Shown here piece after piece: positions 26,606-36,523 of a stretch of DNA of 37,422 nt. Position numbers and translations under genes: made by a program. Location of the stretch: NCBI GenBank assembly GCA_049976305.1, contig JBMFIM010000008.1:1-37422 (forward strand), read 5' to 3'. Positions within the stretch are counted from its first letter, which is position 1. Every line of letters starts with the position of its first letter. Origin of the DNA: Candidatus Micrarchaeia archaeon. GTDB taxonomy: Archaea > Micrarchaeota > Micrarchaeia > Micrarchaeales > CABMGC01. The notes beneath the pieces were generated by a model. The model was not told the origin of the DNA, did no database searches, and saw nothing but the letters and a program-made list of their open reading frames with translations.

Positions 26606-27802
26606 CTATACAAACATGCTTGCAAAGATTTTAGTATCATCTACCATGTTGCTTATTACTGCATATTCATTTGGCTGGTGTGCAACGTCATCTTGGGAAG
26701 ACCATACTGCTGACTCAACACCGTATCTGCGCAAAAACTTAGCTACTGTACCGCCTCCGATACCTACAAGCCTAGCCTCCTTGTGCTTTACCTGCCTGAT
26801 GGATCTTTGCAATATTTGAATTATTTTGGCATTTTTTGGCAGAGGCTTTAATGCTTCATCTCTGCTTACCACTTCCACATATATTTTCGCTTTTGTCTGC
26901 CTCTCCACACGCTTAGAAATATTCTTTACAAGAGCCAACACGCTGTCAAGCTTGTAATTAGGCAGAACTCTGCAGTCCATGAAGAATGTCTCAGTTCCAG
27001 GAATTATGTTTACGCTCTCGACATTCTTTTCATGCTTTGTCATCTCGAATGTAGATTTTGGAGGCTCGAAAAGCGGATCTGCTTTGTTAAACCTTTTGTG
27101 GAGCGCATTATCGAGAAGGTCTAGAAGCTTGACAGAGACTCTGTATGCATTTAAACCCTGCTCGGGCGTGCTGGCGTGAACCTGCTTGCCGACAACCCTG
27201 AACTTTAGCCATAGAATTCCTTTTTCTGCTATTTCTATCTCGTCGCCTTTTGGCCTACCCCAGTCTGGCACTACTGCAAGGTCCTTTTTGCTAAACACGC
27301 CTTCTTTCAACAGCTTCTTAATTCCGTATTCGTTGCCTACCTCCTCATCTGCCACTAATGCTATGCCAAATGTAAACTTAGGATTTACACCTGCTTCTTT
27401 TACTGCTTTCAGGGCAAATATGCTGGAAATTACGCCTTGACCATCATCATTTGTGCCTCTGCCATAAATCTTCCCATCTTTTATATAGGCATCGAAAGGA
27501 TCATGCTTCCAAAGGGAAAGATCGCCCGGCGAGACTGTGTCTATGTGGCTCAATATCCAAATCCTTTGAGCCGCCTTCCCATACTCCACTATTAGGTTCG
27601 ACCTTATCTTGCCAAACTCATCAGTATAGTCAAACCTTTTGACCTCCAACCCCATTTTTTTAAGCAAGTCTTCAAGAAAATCCGCTCTTTTGCTTTCTCC
27701 TTCGCCGCCACTCAAGGGTGAAATGGCAGGTATGGCGATCATCTTGGCCATTGCCGAAACCATTTCTTTTTTGTAGGAATCTATACGTTCGAAGATGTCC
27801 AT
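26606..27802 (-). CDS. M20-family metallohydrolase (DapE/ArgE-like)
   Basis: SHIDTV, YGRGTNDDG, ADEEVG, AEKGILW, GKQVHAS, IGGGT, AHQPNE. ATG 27802 is the likely start. Confidence 0.92.
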   Translation of the reverse strand: MDIFERIDSYKKEMVSAMAKMIAIPAISPLSGGEGESKRADFLEDLLKKMGLEVKRFDYTDEFGKIRSNLIVEYGKAAQRIWILSHIDTVSPGDLSLWKHDPFDAYIKDGKIYGRGTNDDGQGVISSIFALKAVKEAGVNPKFTFGIALVADEEVGNEYGIKKLLKEGVFSKKDLAVVPDWGRPKGDEIEIAEKGILWLKFRVVGKQVHASTPEQGLNAYRVSVKLLDLLDNALHKRFNKADPLFEPPKSTFEMTKHEKNVESVNIIPGTETFFMDCRVLPNYKLDSVLALVKNISKRVERQTKAKIYVEVVSRDEALKPLPKNAKIIQILQRSIRQVKHKEARLVGIGGGTVAKFLRRYGVESAVWSSQDDVAHQPNEYAVISNMVDDTKIFASMFV

Positions 27803-27932
27803 GAAAGCATTCTTTGACGGCAATTTATAATAAACTTCTGTTTCATGCTACGCCGGCGGAAAACTTGCCTACAAAAGAGGTCTATAAGTCAACTCTATCA
27901 AATTAGCAATAATCTTCAACGACAACATTAAT

Positions 27933-28006
27933 TGCCGCAGGCCGGATTTGAACCAGCGACATCCCGGTCTTCAGCCGGGCGCTCTCCCGGACTGAGCTAC
28001 TGCGGC
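27933..28006 (-). tRNA. tRNA-Phe (anticodon GAA)
   Basis: Reverse complement GCCGCAGTAGCTCAGTCCGGGAGAGCGCCCGGCTGAAGACCGGGATGTCGCTGGTTCAAATCCGGCCTGCGGCA. Confidence 0.96.
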
Positions 28007-28064
28007 ACTCTTTATCTATTGGCGTACATTCTTTAAATTCTTTTCCTAAAATAATGCAGAGCAA

Positions 28065-29615
28065 ATGGAGCTGGCAAATGCTGATTGGCGCGGCCTAGGA
28101 GAGTATGTTAACCTGCTAAACCTAGAGGGCATAGAATTCAGGAAGTATCAATACAACATAATAAAGGCAATAACAGAAAAGGGAAACACGCTTGTTGTAT
28201 TGCCCACTGGCCTTGGCAAAACTCTCATAGGCGCCGCGCTGATAGCCAAAGCGGTTTATGAGGGTAAAAGGGCGCTGTTTCTTGCACCTACAAAGCCGCT
28301 TACCGAGCAGCATTTCTCCACGCTTAAAAAGCTGCTTAAGCTACCTAGCGAAGACATAGCACTGCTTACCGGCTCTGTAAGGAAAAAAGACAGGCTTGAG
28401 GCTGAGGCCCATGCAAAGGTGATTGTTGCAACTCCGCAGACAGTGGCAAACGACCTAAAGTCTGGAGCATTCTCTCTTGTCGGCTTTGGAGTTGCAATTT
28501 TTGATGAGTGCCACCATGCAATAGGCAAATACGCTTATACCTACATAGCCAACGAGCTCGCGGCAAGGGGCGTGCTTATTGTGGGCTTGACTGCATCGCC
28601 TGGAAGCAAGCCGGAGAAGGTAATGGAGCTTGTAAATGCGCTAAACATAAGGCACATAGAGTCGAGGACTTCGATGGACGAGGATGTGAAGGAGTACGTA
28701 ATGCCAAAATACCTTCACACGATCAGCGTTGAGCTAAGCGAACAGATCAAACGTGTGGCTGAGCTTGTAAAGACGGTAGGCGAGGAAAGCCTTGCATCGC
28801 TAAGGCAGCAGGGCTTTGCAAACTTCAAAAGCATAGACACAATACCGAAAGGCAGGCTGATAGAACTGGGAAATGAGCTTAAGAAGATAAGCGCCCCTGG
28901 CTACAGGTTTGGCCTTTTCTTCAGCTATGTCAAACTTCTGCACGCTGTGCATGCATATGACCTGCTAGTAACAGAGGGATTGTATCCTTTTGTGGCGTAT
29001 CTTGATTCTTTAGACGGCAGAGAAGTAAAAAGCAGGGCGGTGAAAAGCTTCCTTCAAAACAAAAATATAAGGCAAGCCTTGAATGAGGCTAAAAGGCTTA
29101 TGGAGATTGGGGAGGAGCACCCAAAAGTTGGCGCTGCCTTGCAAATTCTTGCAAACTATAATAAGAAATCATGCATAGTATTTGCCCAATATAGGTCTAC
29201 GATAAAGATGCTTGTTGAGAAACTCAACAAAAATGGATTCCTTGCTAGAGCATTCGTAGGCAAAAAGGAAGGCGTAACACAGGAGCAGCAAAAGCAGACA
29301 ATAGAAGACTTCAGAGAAGGCAAGTTCAACATACTTGTAGCCAGTTCTATTGGTGAAGAAGGGCTTGACATACCTAGTGTAGACGTAGTGGTGTTCTACG
29401 AGCCCATACCAAACGAAATAAGAAACATACAAAGGAGAGGCAGGACAGGCAGGTTCAGAGCAGGCGATATATTCATATTACTAACTAAAGACACCAAAGA
29501 CGAAATATACTTTTTCGTCTCCAGATCGAGGGAGAGGAAAACTGCAGCCTTACTGATGAATGTCGAAAGCAAGCTGGAAAGCATGCAAAAGGGCCAAACT
29601 AAGTTGGTTGCATGA
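28065..29615 (+). CDS. hef: Hef/FANCM/MPH1-like SF2 helicase, helicase-only (no ERCC4 nuclease domain)
   Basis: RKYQ, LPTGLGKT, APTKPL, ATPQ, DECHHA, GLTASPG, EHPK, GEEGLDIP, YEPIP, QRRGRTGR; ends at 516 aa. Confidence 0.92.
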   Translation: MELANADWRGLGEYVNLLNLEGIEFRKYQYNIIKAITEKGNTLVVLPTGLGKTLIGAALIAKAVYEGKRALFLAPTKPLTEQHFSTLKKLLKLPSEDIALLTGSVRKKDRLEAEAHAKVIVATPQTVANDLKSGAFSLVGFGVAIFDECHHAIGKYAYTYIANELAARGVLIVGLTASPGSKPEKVMELVNALNIRHIESRTSMDEDVKEYVMPKYLHTISVELSEQIKRVAELVKTVGEESLASLRQQGFANFKSIDTIPKGRLIELGNELKKISAPGYRFGLFFSYVKLLHAVHAYDLLVTEGLYPFVAYLDSLDGREVKSRAVKSFLQNKNIRQALNEAKRLMEIGEEHPKVGAALQILANYNKKSCIVFAQYRSTIKMLVEKLNKNGFLARAFVGKKEGVTQEQQKQTIEDFREGKFNILVASSIGEEGLDIPSVDVVVFYEPIPNEIRNIQRRGRTGRFRAGDIFILLTKDTKDEIYFFVSRSRERKTAALLMNVESKLESMQKGQTKLVA

Positions 29616-30861
29616 TCGGCGTCACAGTTCTTTTCTTGCTTCTCTCTGGCGTGGCCTTTTTAGGCTACATACTGAACGATTTGTTTTACAAATCAAAATA
29701 ACGAGCGTTTTGCCGCTAATGCTCATAGGCCTGCTTATAGGACCTGTGTTCCACTTGGTAAACACCTCTAAAACAAGCACAGTAGTGGCAGTAGTTCCAT
29801 ATATTACAGCTCTTGCTGTTTCTTTCTTGCTTTTTGATGTAGGGCTTCGAATAAAAATTAAAGACCTCGGCATTTCATACGCACTTAAGTTCACTTTTGC
29901 ACTGGCTACTGCAACCGGCATATTACTAGGGATAGGAATATACCTTTCTACAGGCATGAATGTTTACTTGTCTTTCGCGGCAGGCTTTGGGCTTGCAGGG
30001 CCAAGCGCAGTAGTAATACCTACTCTTATGAAAACAGCAAAGGTAAACCCGAAGCTTAAAGCTTTGCTCAACTTCGAAAGCGTGGTAGTAGACACTGTAA
30101 CGCTTATTATTCCGCTTCTGCTTATAGAGTTGCTGGCTCAAAAATCTGTAGGCTTGGGATCTTTGGGCAGGCTTTTTGCTAACTTCCTTATAGGCTCGAC
30201 AGCAATAGGCATTATTTCTTCATTCTTTTGGATATTCATCCTTCACACATTCAGAAGCCACAGCGAGGAATATAGTTGGATGCTTACTATAACAATGGTC
30301 ATAGCAACCTATGGGCTTGCCCAGGCATTTGGCGCTAGCGGAGCTGTAGCTGTATTTATATTTGGCTTGATCTTGGCCAATACACAAGAAATGGGTAAAG
30401 CCATAAAGCAATATACTGCTAGCATGCAAAAGATGATTTCGCACATTTCCCGGTTCCAAAAAGAGGTCGTGTTCTTTGTAAGCACATTCTTCTTTGTTTA
30501 TATCGGCCTCTTGTTCAAAATAAGTGCGAACGACTTGTGGCTGTTGCTAATAAGCGCTCTGTTGACTATAATAATCTACTTTGTAAGGAGCATGTTTATA
30601 CCAATGATAAAACTGACTTTTGAAGAAAAGGAAGAGGGGGCAGAGCACACTATCGCAAGGTTCAGCATTGCTAGGGGATTATCGCCTATAGTAGTGGCTA
30701 CCTTGCCCGCTGCCTATGGAGTTCATGCGCCGAGCAAATTTGTAGACCTGCTGTTTCTATCTGTATTGATTACTAACATAGTAACTACCTATGGTATGTA
30801 CTTGTTTGCCAAGCAGCTTACAAAATCAGGACAGGCGCAGAAAAAGCCAGAAAAATCATAA
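29612..30861 (+). CDS. CPA1/NhaP-type cation:proton antiporter with a 1-nt frameshift near 29690
   Basis: ATG 29612 overlaps the hef stop (ATGA) and gives the hydrophobic MIGVTVLFLLLSGVAFLGYILNDLFYK before TAA at 29699. The -1 frame continues IKITSVLPLMLIGLLIGP with LLFDVG, GPSAVVIP, FESVVVD, FFFVYIG and ARGL motifs. Confidence 0.85.
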
Positions 30862-30885
30862 AATATAAAGCTTAAGATTCAAAAT

Positions 30886-33159
30886 TTGACCATGAAAAGG
30901 CAGAGGAGAGTAAGCCTATATTTGATATTTACCATTGCACTAATGCTATTTGCACTACTTTACTCGATAATAAACGTTGGTGGCCCATCTTTTTATGGTG
31001 ATGACACCACCTATCTGGAGCTAGCATATACGGTGCTGACGCATACATTCAGAGAAAGCCCATACATATTTAGCGTAAGACTCTTGCAAATCTATCCTAT
31101 CGCGTTCTTTTATTATCTATTCGGAATAAATATGATATCTGCCTCGCTATGGGACATAATTTCTTATGTGCTTACCATAGGCGTAGTATTCTGGATAGGC
31201 AAAGAACTCTATAACGAAGAGGCAGGCTTTATCTCTGCGCTACTTTTCACTTTTTTCCCGCTAGTTGTTAGGCTCTCTGCAACAATAAGCGACGATATTC
31301 CGATGATGTTTGTCACTTCATTGGCTGTATTGGCGATGGTACTAGGCGAAATAAAAAATTCAAGACTTTGGTACTTCTCTAGTGGTGTTCTAGCTTTAGC
31401 ACCGCCCATAGTGACGCCAGAAGGTGCTATAATAGTGGTTTTTCTTCTTATATTTTTTGTAATAGAGATTTTAAGAAGAAAAATAAAACTGAAGCAGGGA
31501 ATTTATGCAATCGTAGGGTTTTTATTTGCAGGATTCCTGCTAATGCTTGCTAATTATGCACTTTCTGGAAACCCGCTAATAACACTCACAGTCAACAGCC
31601 ATTTTTATAGCGCTGTCGGAGGAAAAAACACCATCCCGTCTACCAACACCAATTTGAATTTTTACCCCAGCACAATGTTTCCGTATATGCTCATTTCGCT
31701 TTGGTCTACAAGCCTGAAATCAGGCAATTTTGCCAATGCTTTTTCTTTCCTTTCGCCTTCAGTTTTTGTACCAAATAGCCGCGTAGGCTTTTACTTCTAC
31801 ACTCTTATAATTGCAATAGTTTACTTGCTAGTGAAAAGAGAGAGACGCGCATATGTGCCTTTGCTATGGTTCGCAATATGCTTTACCTACTTAGAGCTAG
31901 GGCCGATGCATGTTAGCTTGCATCCTTTCTATTATCTTCTTTCATATAGGCTCGGCAGGTTCCTTACGATAATAGCTCCTCCAACAGCGTTGCTGCTCGG
32001 ATTTGCGATTGAACGCGCCATGCAAAAGGGATCTAAGATCAAAAGAGCTTTTGGGATTGTAGTAGGGATTGGTGGGGTTGTGTTCCTAATTGCAACCTCA
32101 ATACCAATAAACCTACTTTGGCATGAAGGCTTAGTGGCGCAGAGATATGATCAAATAGCAATCGCACAGTATTTGAACAAACTGCCAAGTACTACGAAAA
32201 TTTACATGAGTGGATTTGCATCTCTAGTAGAGTTTTATATGAAGTATAGCAATCTCACAAGATTCTACGCATATGATTCAATATACAACTGCAATGACAT
32301 ACCTACAGGAGCGTATGCGATCCTTCCTTACTTCGAACTTTGGAATCTTACCTATACTGCCAACCCAAGCGGTTGCAGAGGCTGGGTTTTGGTTTATGCA
32401 CCTCAGCCCAACATACCATCAAACTCACCATATAAAACACTAATCCAGCAATGGAGCTTTCCTTTCGAAGCCAGACTATACTATGTAGGAGGAGAAAACA
32501 CAACCATTTCTAATGCGACTTCCACTACAACAGTTACCACAAGTATCAGCACTTCAACAAGCTCTACCTACACACCATCAAAGTTCACATTTTTCAACCT
32601 CACCGGAGTAGGCTTCTATAACACAACCAATAAGCTGCAATTCATACAAGTCAACAATGTAACTCAGGTTATTGTAAGCCTCAACAAAAGCACTGCTACA
32701 CCAGGCGAATATGTACAGTTAAATGTGACCTTTGTTGGCAATTTTCTTTGGAGCAACACCACAATACCATTCGTTAATGCAACAGTGGCCTACTTGGCAT
32801 CACCTATAATAAACATACACTACTATGGTGTTGAGTTGGCAAATCAGACAGGCAATCTGCTAGTTCAAAACAATGGGCCATGGCAAAAATACGTAACCCA
32901 AATAGGTGAGCCCCATCAAACATTAAGTAGTAATCCACACCATTACCTAAATGTTATTTGGACCATAACGCCTAATGCCACAATGACAGGAAAAGTAATC
33001 AAGATATGCGGAGGTTACTTTGCTACTTATCAAAATACAACTCTTGAAGGGGGTTGGGGAAGCTTGTATAATATATTAGCATTACAGCAAAAAAGGGTAG
33101 TAAACAACAGCGTAATAAACATTCCTTCTGAAAATTGCACCTACCTTAATGTTGCTTAA
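30886..33159 (+). CDS. GT-C fold membrane glycosyltransferase (PMT/ArnT, GT39-like) with a large glycosylated C-terminal extension
   Basis: GDDTTY acidic motif after TM1, many TM helices, DDIPM, RLGRFL; then a Thr/Ser linker and a sequon-rich domain. Confidence 0.85.
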   Translation: MTMKRQRRVSLYLIFTIALMLFALLYSIINVGGPSFYGDDTTYLELAYTVLTHTFRESPYIFSVRLLQIYPIAFFYYLFGINMISASLWDIISYVLTIGVVFWIGKELYNEEAGFISALLFTFFPLVVRLSATISDDIPMMFVTSLAVLAMVLGEIKNSRLWYFSSGVLALAPPIVTPEGAIIVVFLLIFFVIEILRRKIKLKQGIYAIVGFLFAGFLLMLANYALSGNPLITLTVNSHFYSAVGGKNTIPSTNTNLNFYPSTMFPYMLISLWSTSLKSGNFANAFSFLSPSVFVPNSRVGFYFYTLIIAIVYLLVKRERRAYVPLLWFAICFTYLELGPMHVSLHPFYYLLSYRLGRFLTIIAPPTALLLGFAIERAMQKGSKIKRAFGIVVGIGGVVFLIATSIPINLLWHEGLVAQRYDQIAIAQYLNKLPSTTKIYMSGFASLVEFYMKYSNLTRFYAYDSIYNCNDIPTGAYAILPYFELWNLTYTANPSGCRGWVLVYAPQPNIPSNSPYKTLIQQWSFPFEARLYYVGGENTTISNATSTTTVTTSISTSTSSTYTPSKFTFFNLTGVGFYNTTNKLQFIQVNNVTQVIVSLNKSTATPGEYVQLNVTFVGNFLWSNTTIPFVNATVAYLASPIINIHYYGVELANQTGNLLVQNNGPWQKYVTQIGEPHQTLSSNPHHYLNVIWTITPNATMTGKVIKICGGYFATYQNTTLEGGWGSLYNILALQQKRVVNNSVINIPSENCTYLNVA

Positions 33160-34069
33160 CAGCGTAGGCCAGTGCGCTAGCAGCTCCGTATAGCTTGTTC
33201 CTGCCTTGCTGCCATACCACCGACTTTGGTCCTTCAAGCACTTCTTCTGTTATTTCCTCTCCGCGGTGTGCAGGCAGGCAGTGCATTACTATGGCATCAT
33301 TTTTTGCAAAGCGTAGCAATTCTTTGTTTATTTGGTATCCTTTAAAGTCCCTTTTCCTTTTCTCCGCCTCCACCTCTTCGCCCATACTTACCCATACATC
33401 TGTGTACAGTACATCTGCCTCAGACACGGCTTCCTTGGTACTATGCGTGAGCAAAAGATCACTCTTTGACTTTTTTGCAAATGCTTTTGCCTTCTCAAGC
33501 AAGGCCCTATCTGGATCGTAGCCCTCTGGATAGGCTATAGCGAAGTTTATGCCCAAAATAGCACATGCAAGCATCAGGGAATTGGCCACATTACTAGTAT
33601 CGCCTATGAATGCAATCTTAAGCTCGCTCAACTTTTTCTTGAATTCCTGTACAGTAAGCAAGTCGGAAATTATCTGCGTAGGGTGCTCTTTATCGCTAAG
33701 TGCATTTATGACTGGCAAACCAGAAAATTTTGCTAGTTCCTCAAGCATTTCGTGCTTGAAAACCCTAGCAACAAGTATGTCTAGCCATCCAGGAAACATT
33801 CTAGCAGTGTCTTTGACAGGCTCCCCTCTGCCCAGCTGGAGCTCGCTGGCTAGCAACGACACAGCATGGGCGCCTAATTTCTCGGCTGCGACATAAAAAG
33901 AGATTTTTGTCCTAGTTGAAGGCTTTTCAAATATCAGCCCTACAAACTTGCCTTGAAGCAAAGCGTTTGCCTTTCCAGTATTGAATGACTCCTTAAACTC
34001 GGCCGCTTTTTGAATCAAACCGAGAAGCTCCTCCTTGGAAAGATCTGCCACAGATATAATATTCGGCAC
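33146..34069 (-). CDS. argF: Ornithine carbamoyltransferase
   Basis: FEKPSTRT, GRGEPVKDTAR, INALS..EHPTQ, YTDVWVSMGEE, MHCLPAHRGEE. Confidence 0.96.
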   Translation of the reverse strand: MPNIISVADLSKEELLGLIQKAAEFKESFNTGKANALLQGKFVGLIFEKPSTRTKISFYVAAEKLGAHAVSLLASELQLGRGEPVKDTARMFPGWLDILVARVFKHEMLEELAKFSGLPVINALSDKEHPTQIISDLLTVQEFKKKLSELKIAFIGDTSNVANSLMLACAILGINFAIAYPEGYDPDRALLEKAKAFAKKSKSDLLLTHSTKEAVSEADVLYTDVWVSMGEEVEAEKRKRDFKGYQINKELLRFAKNDAIVMHCLPAHRGEEITEEVLEGPKSVVWQQGRNKLYGAASALAYAVKQH

Positions 34070-34154
34070 ATTTTAACTTTCTTTACAAAACTATTTTAAA
34101 ATTATCTAACTGAATATATACTATCTTATCGCCTATTTTCTCGCGGTGCGTTTT

Positions 34155-34325
34155 GTGGAGTATACGAGGTTTGAAAAAGCCAGGATTATAGGCGCCAGAG
34201 CGCTTCAGCTAGCTTATGGTGCACCTCCTTTGATAGAAGTGCCTAAAGATGTTAAAGATCCGTTGAGGCTTGCAGAACTAGAGTTTGAGGCAGGAGTAAT
34301 ACCTATTGTGGTAATCAGGGAGTAG
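34155..34325 (+). CDS. rpoK: DNA-directed RNA polymerase subunit K (Rpo6)
   Basis: Manual translation from [59 protein letters not shown]; 56 aa, not in the ORF track. Confidence 0.97.
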   Translation: MEYTRFEKARIIGARALQLAYGAPPLIEVPKDVKDPLRLAELEFEAGVIPIVVIRE

Positions 34326-34335
34326 GGGCGAGTTT

Positions 34336-35781
34336 TTGGAAGAAGCATATGACGTTATAGTTGCTGGAGGAGGCATAGCCGGCACGCTTGCTGCAACAGC
34401 CGCTGCAAAAGGTGGTGCTAAGACCTTATTGCTTGACAGAAACAAAAGAGAAGAAATCGGCAAAAAAACCAACTGGGGCTGGGTATGCGGCGATGCTGTA
34501 GCAAAATCCCACATAGATTTCATAAAAGAAAAGCTTGGCATAGCGCTTACAGAAAAAGAGCTCGACTTGAAGGTAGATGGGGTATATGCACTAAGCCCTG
34601 ACCTGCAGACAAAGATAATGTTTGAAGGCGAGGGCTATTCGTTAAACAGACCTGCGCTAGCAAGGAGGCTGTTAGAAGAAGCAATAAAGGCAGGCGCAGA
34701 ATTTAGAGAAGGCTATGAAGTCGAAGGGCCAATCATAGGCTCAGACGGTAAGCTTGAAGGGGTTTTCGGAAAAGATGACAAAAAACAGGAATTCAGAATA
34801 AAAGGAAAAATCATAATAGATGCTCTAGGAATGGCGAGCACACTTAGAAGAAGGCTTCCTCAAAACAAATACATAGAAAGAGAGATAAGCATAGAAGATA
34901 TCGAATCTACCGGCAGGTATATTCTACACTTCACCCCTGCAGAAAAAGATGAAAACTTCTACGACCCGCACAATGCGCTAATCCACCTGAACCAGCTTTG
35001 GGCTCCTGGAGGCTACGGTTGGGTTTTTCCAAAAAGCGGCAACAGGGTAAACATTGGCATAGGCGTGGAGAAGAGAAGCTTGGAAAAGAGAAACAAGGCC
35101 CTCAACTCAAACGACACGCTCCACAAGCTTATAGACGATTATGTTGCTCTCAACAAGGTCCTCAAGGATACTAGCATAGACACCTCAGATAACAATGGCA
35201 AGGGCTATTGGTCGGTATCGGTAAGAAGGCACCAGCATAGCCTAGTGTATGCCAACTACATGGGAGCAGGAGACTCTATGTCTATGCCAAACCCACTCAG
35301 CGCCGGAGGCATAGGCCCGGCAATGATAGCAGGAACACTTGCAGGCAAAATCGCTGCTGAAGCCATTGCTGCAAACAATGCCTCTATGGAATTCCTGTGG
35401 AAATATAACTTAGAGTTCAACAAAGAATATGGTAGCAAAAGCGGGGCTCTAGAGGTATTTAGAGTTTACCTGCAATCGTTGAACAACGACATGCTGAACT
35501 ATGGAATGAAGCACTTTATAACGCCAGAAGAGGCGAAGGTGCTTGCATATGGCGGCGCAGTTCCTGAGCTCTCAGTGTTCAAAGCGGCCCAGAAGTTAAT
35601 AAGCGGCATAGCTAATATGAAGGCGTTCAAGAACCTTGTGTTTACGGTAAGGAAGATGAAAAGGCTTATGGAGCTTTATGCTAATTATCCAGCTTCGCCA
35701 AACGGCTTTGACGCTTGGAATGAAGCAGTAAAGGCTGAGATTGAAGAAGTAAAGAAAAAATTCCCAGTAAACCCAGTATAA
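34336..35781 (+). CDS. Geranylgeranyl reductase family flavoprotein (DGGGPL reductase-like)
   Basis: GGGIAG FAD motif, VCGDAV, IIDALG, PGGYGWVFP, NIGIG, AGDS..MPNPLSAGGIG, LWKYN. Confidence 0.9.
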   Translation: MEEAYDVIVAGGGIAGTLAATAAAKGGAKTLLLDRNKREEIGKKTNWGWVCGDAVAKSHIDFIKEKLGIALTEKELDLKVDGVYALSPDLQTKIMFEGEGYSLNRPALARRLLEEAIKAGAEFREGYEVEGPIIGSDGKLEGVFGKDDKKQEFRIKGKIIIDALGMASTLRRRLPQNKYIEREISIEDIESTGRYILHFTPAEKDENFYDPHNALIHLNQLWAPGGYGWVFPKSGNRVNIGIGVEKRSLEKRNKALNSNDTLHKLIDDYVALNKVLKDTSIDTSDNNGKGYWSVSVRRHQHSLVYANYMGAGDSMSMPNPLSAGGIGPAMIAGTLAGKIAAEAIAANNASMEFLWKYNLEFNKEYGSKSGALEVFRVYLQSLNNDMLNYGMKHFITPEEAKVLAYGGAVPELSVFKAAQKLISGIANMKAFKNLVFTVRKMKRLMELYANYPASPNGFDAWNEAVKAEIEEVKKKFPVNPV

Positions 35782-36474
35782 TCAAACAACACTCTTTACT
35801 TTTATCTTCGCACTTTTTGTATATACCCAGGCGTTGTAGAAATCAAACAAACTGCTCCTAAAAGCAGGTATGTGCTTAGCAGTAGAAAAACTTATAGGAT
35901 TTCCTGCGATTATCGGGTTTATTGGAGGTATCAAAACAAGCTTTGCTTTTATTCCCTTTTTGGCAGGTTTTGCAATAAGAAAAGCCTTTTCTTCAGTACC
36001 ATCATGTAGCAACGCGGTGTGGCCGTGAGCCTCAAAAATGTAAGAGCAAGCCAGAGCTTCCTCATTGGGCAAGGCATTGCCATGCAAAAACGCCATGTTG
36101 TCTAGTATAAGCGCTCTTTTGATCTCTATGTCGTAGCCTAGCCTTTCCAAAATTTCCTGCAAGTGCGCATCATGGTTTCCTCTTACTATGCTTATAGGCA
36201 TATTTCGCAAGTCGTAAAAAAGCTCTTGGAGCTCTACATACTCGCCCTTGCTCGGATACCCTATAGACTCCTTTATATCCCCAAGCAGTATCAGCCTTGA
36301 TGCAGAAGTCATAGTGAAATATTTTGCTATCAAGCTAGCAATTACTTTGTGCGGATTAGGAAAATTTATTCCTTTTTCCTTTATCCGCTCTTCTAGGCCG
36401 ATATGCAAATCGCCAACGACTAAGTATTTGCCTGCCAACACTCCCGGAAGATCATATAGGAAGTGGATTTCCAC
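35782..36474 (-). CDS. Calcineurin-like metallophosphoesterase (archaeal ICC-like)
   Basis: GDLHIG, LLGDIKE, RGNHD, FLHG, AHGH. Confidence 0.88.
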   Translation of the reverse strand: MEIHFLYDLPGVLAGKYLVVGDLHIGLEERIKEKGINFPNPHKVIASLIAKYFTMTSASRLILLGDIKESIGYPSKGEYVELQELFYDLRNMPISIVRGNHDAHLQEILERLGYDIEIKRALILDNMAFLHGNALPNEEALACSYIFEAHGHTALLHDGTEEKAFLIAKPAKKGIKAKLVLIPPINPIIAGNPISFSTAKHIPAFRSSLFDFYNAWVYTKSAKIKVKSVV

Positions 36475-36523
36475 AAAAAGATAGGCAAGAAAGGATATAT
36501 AATCTTTTCAACGAAATTAGTTT

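Noticed and set aside
26606..34069. Arginine/ornithine pathway cluster from the M20 hydrolase, APC permease and OTCase
   Set aside because: OTCase is over 5 kb from the other two with unrelated genes between, and no arginine deiminase or carbamate kinase is in the window.
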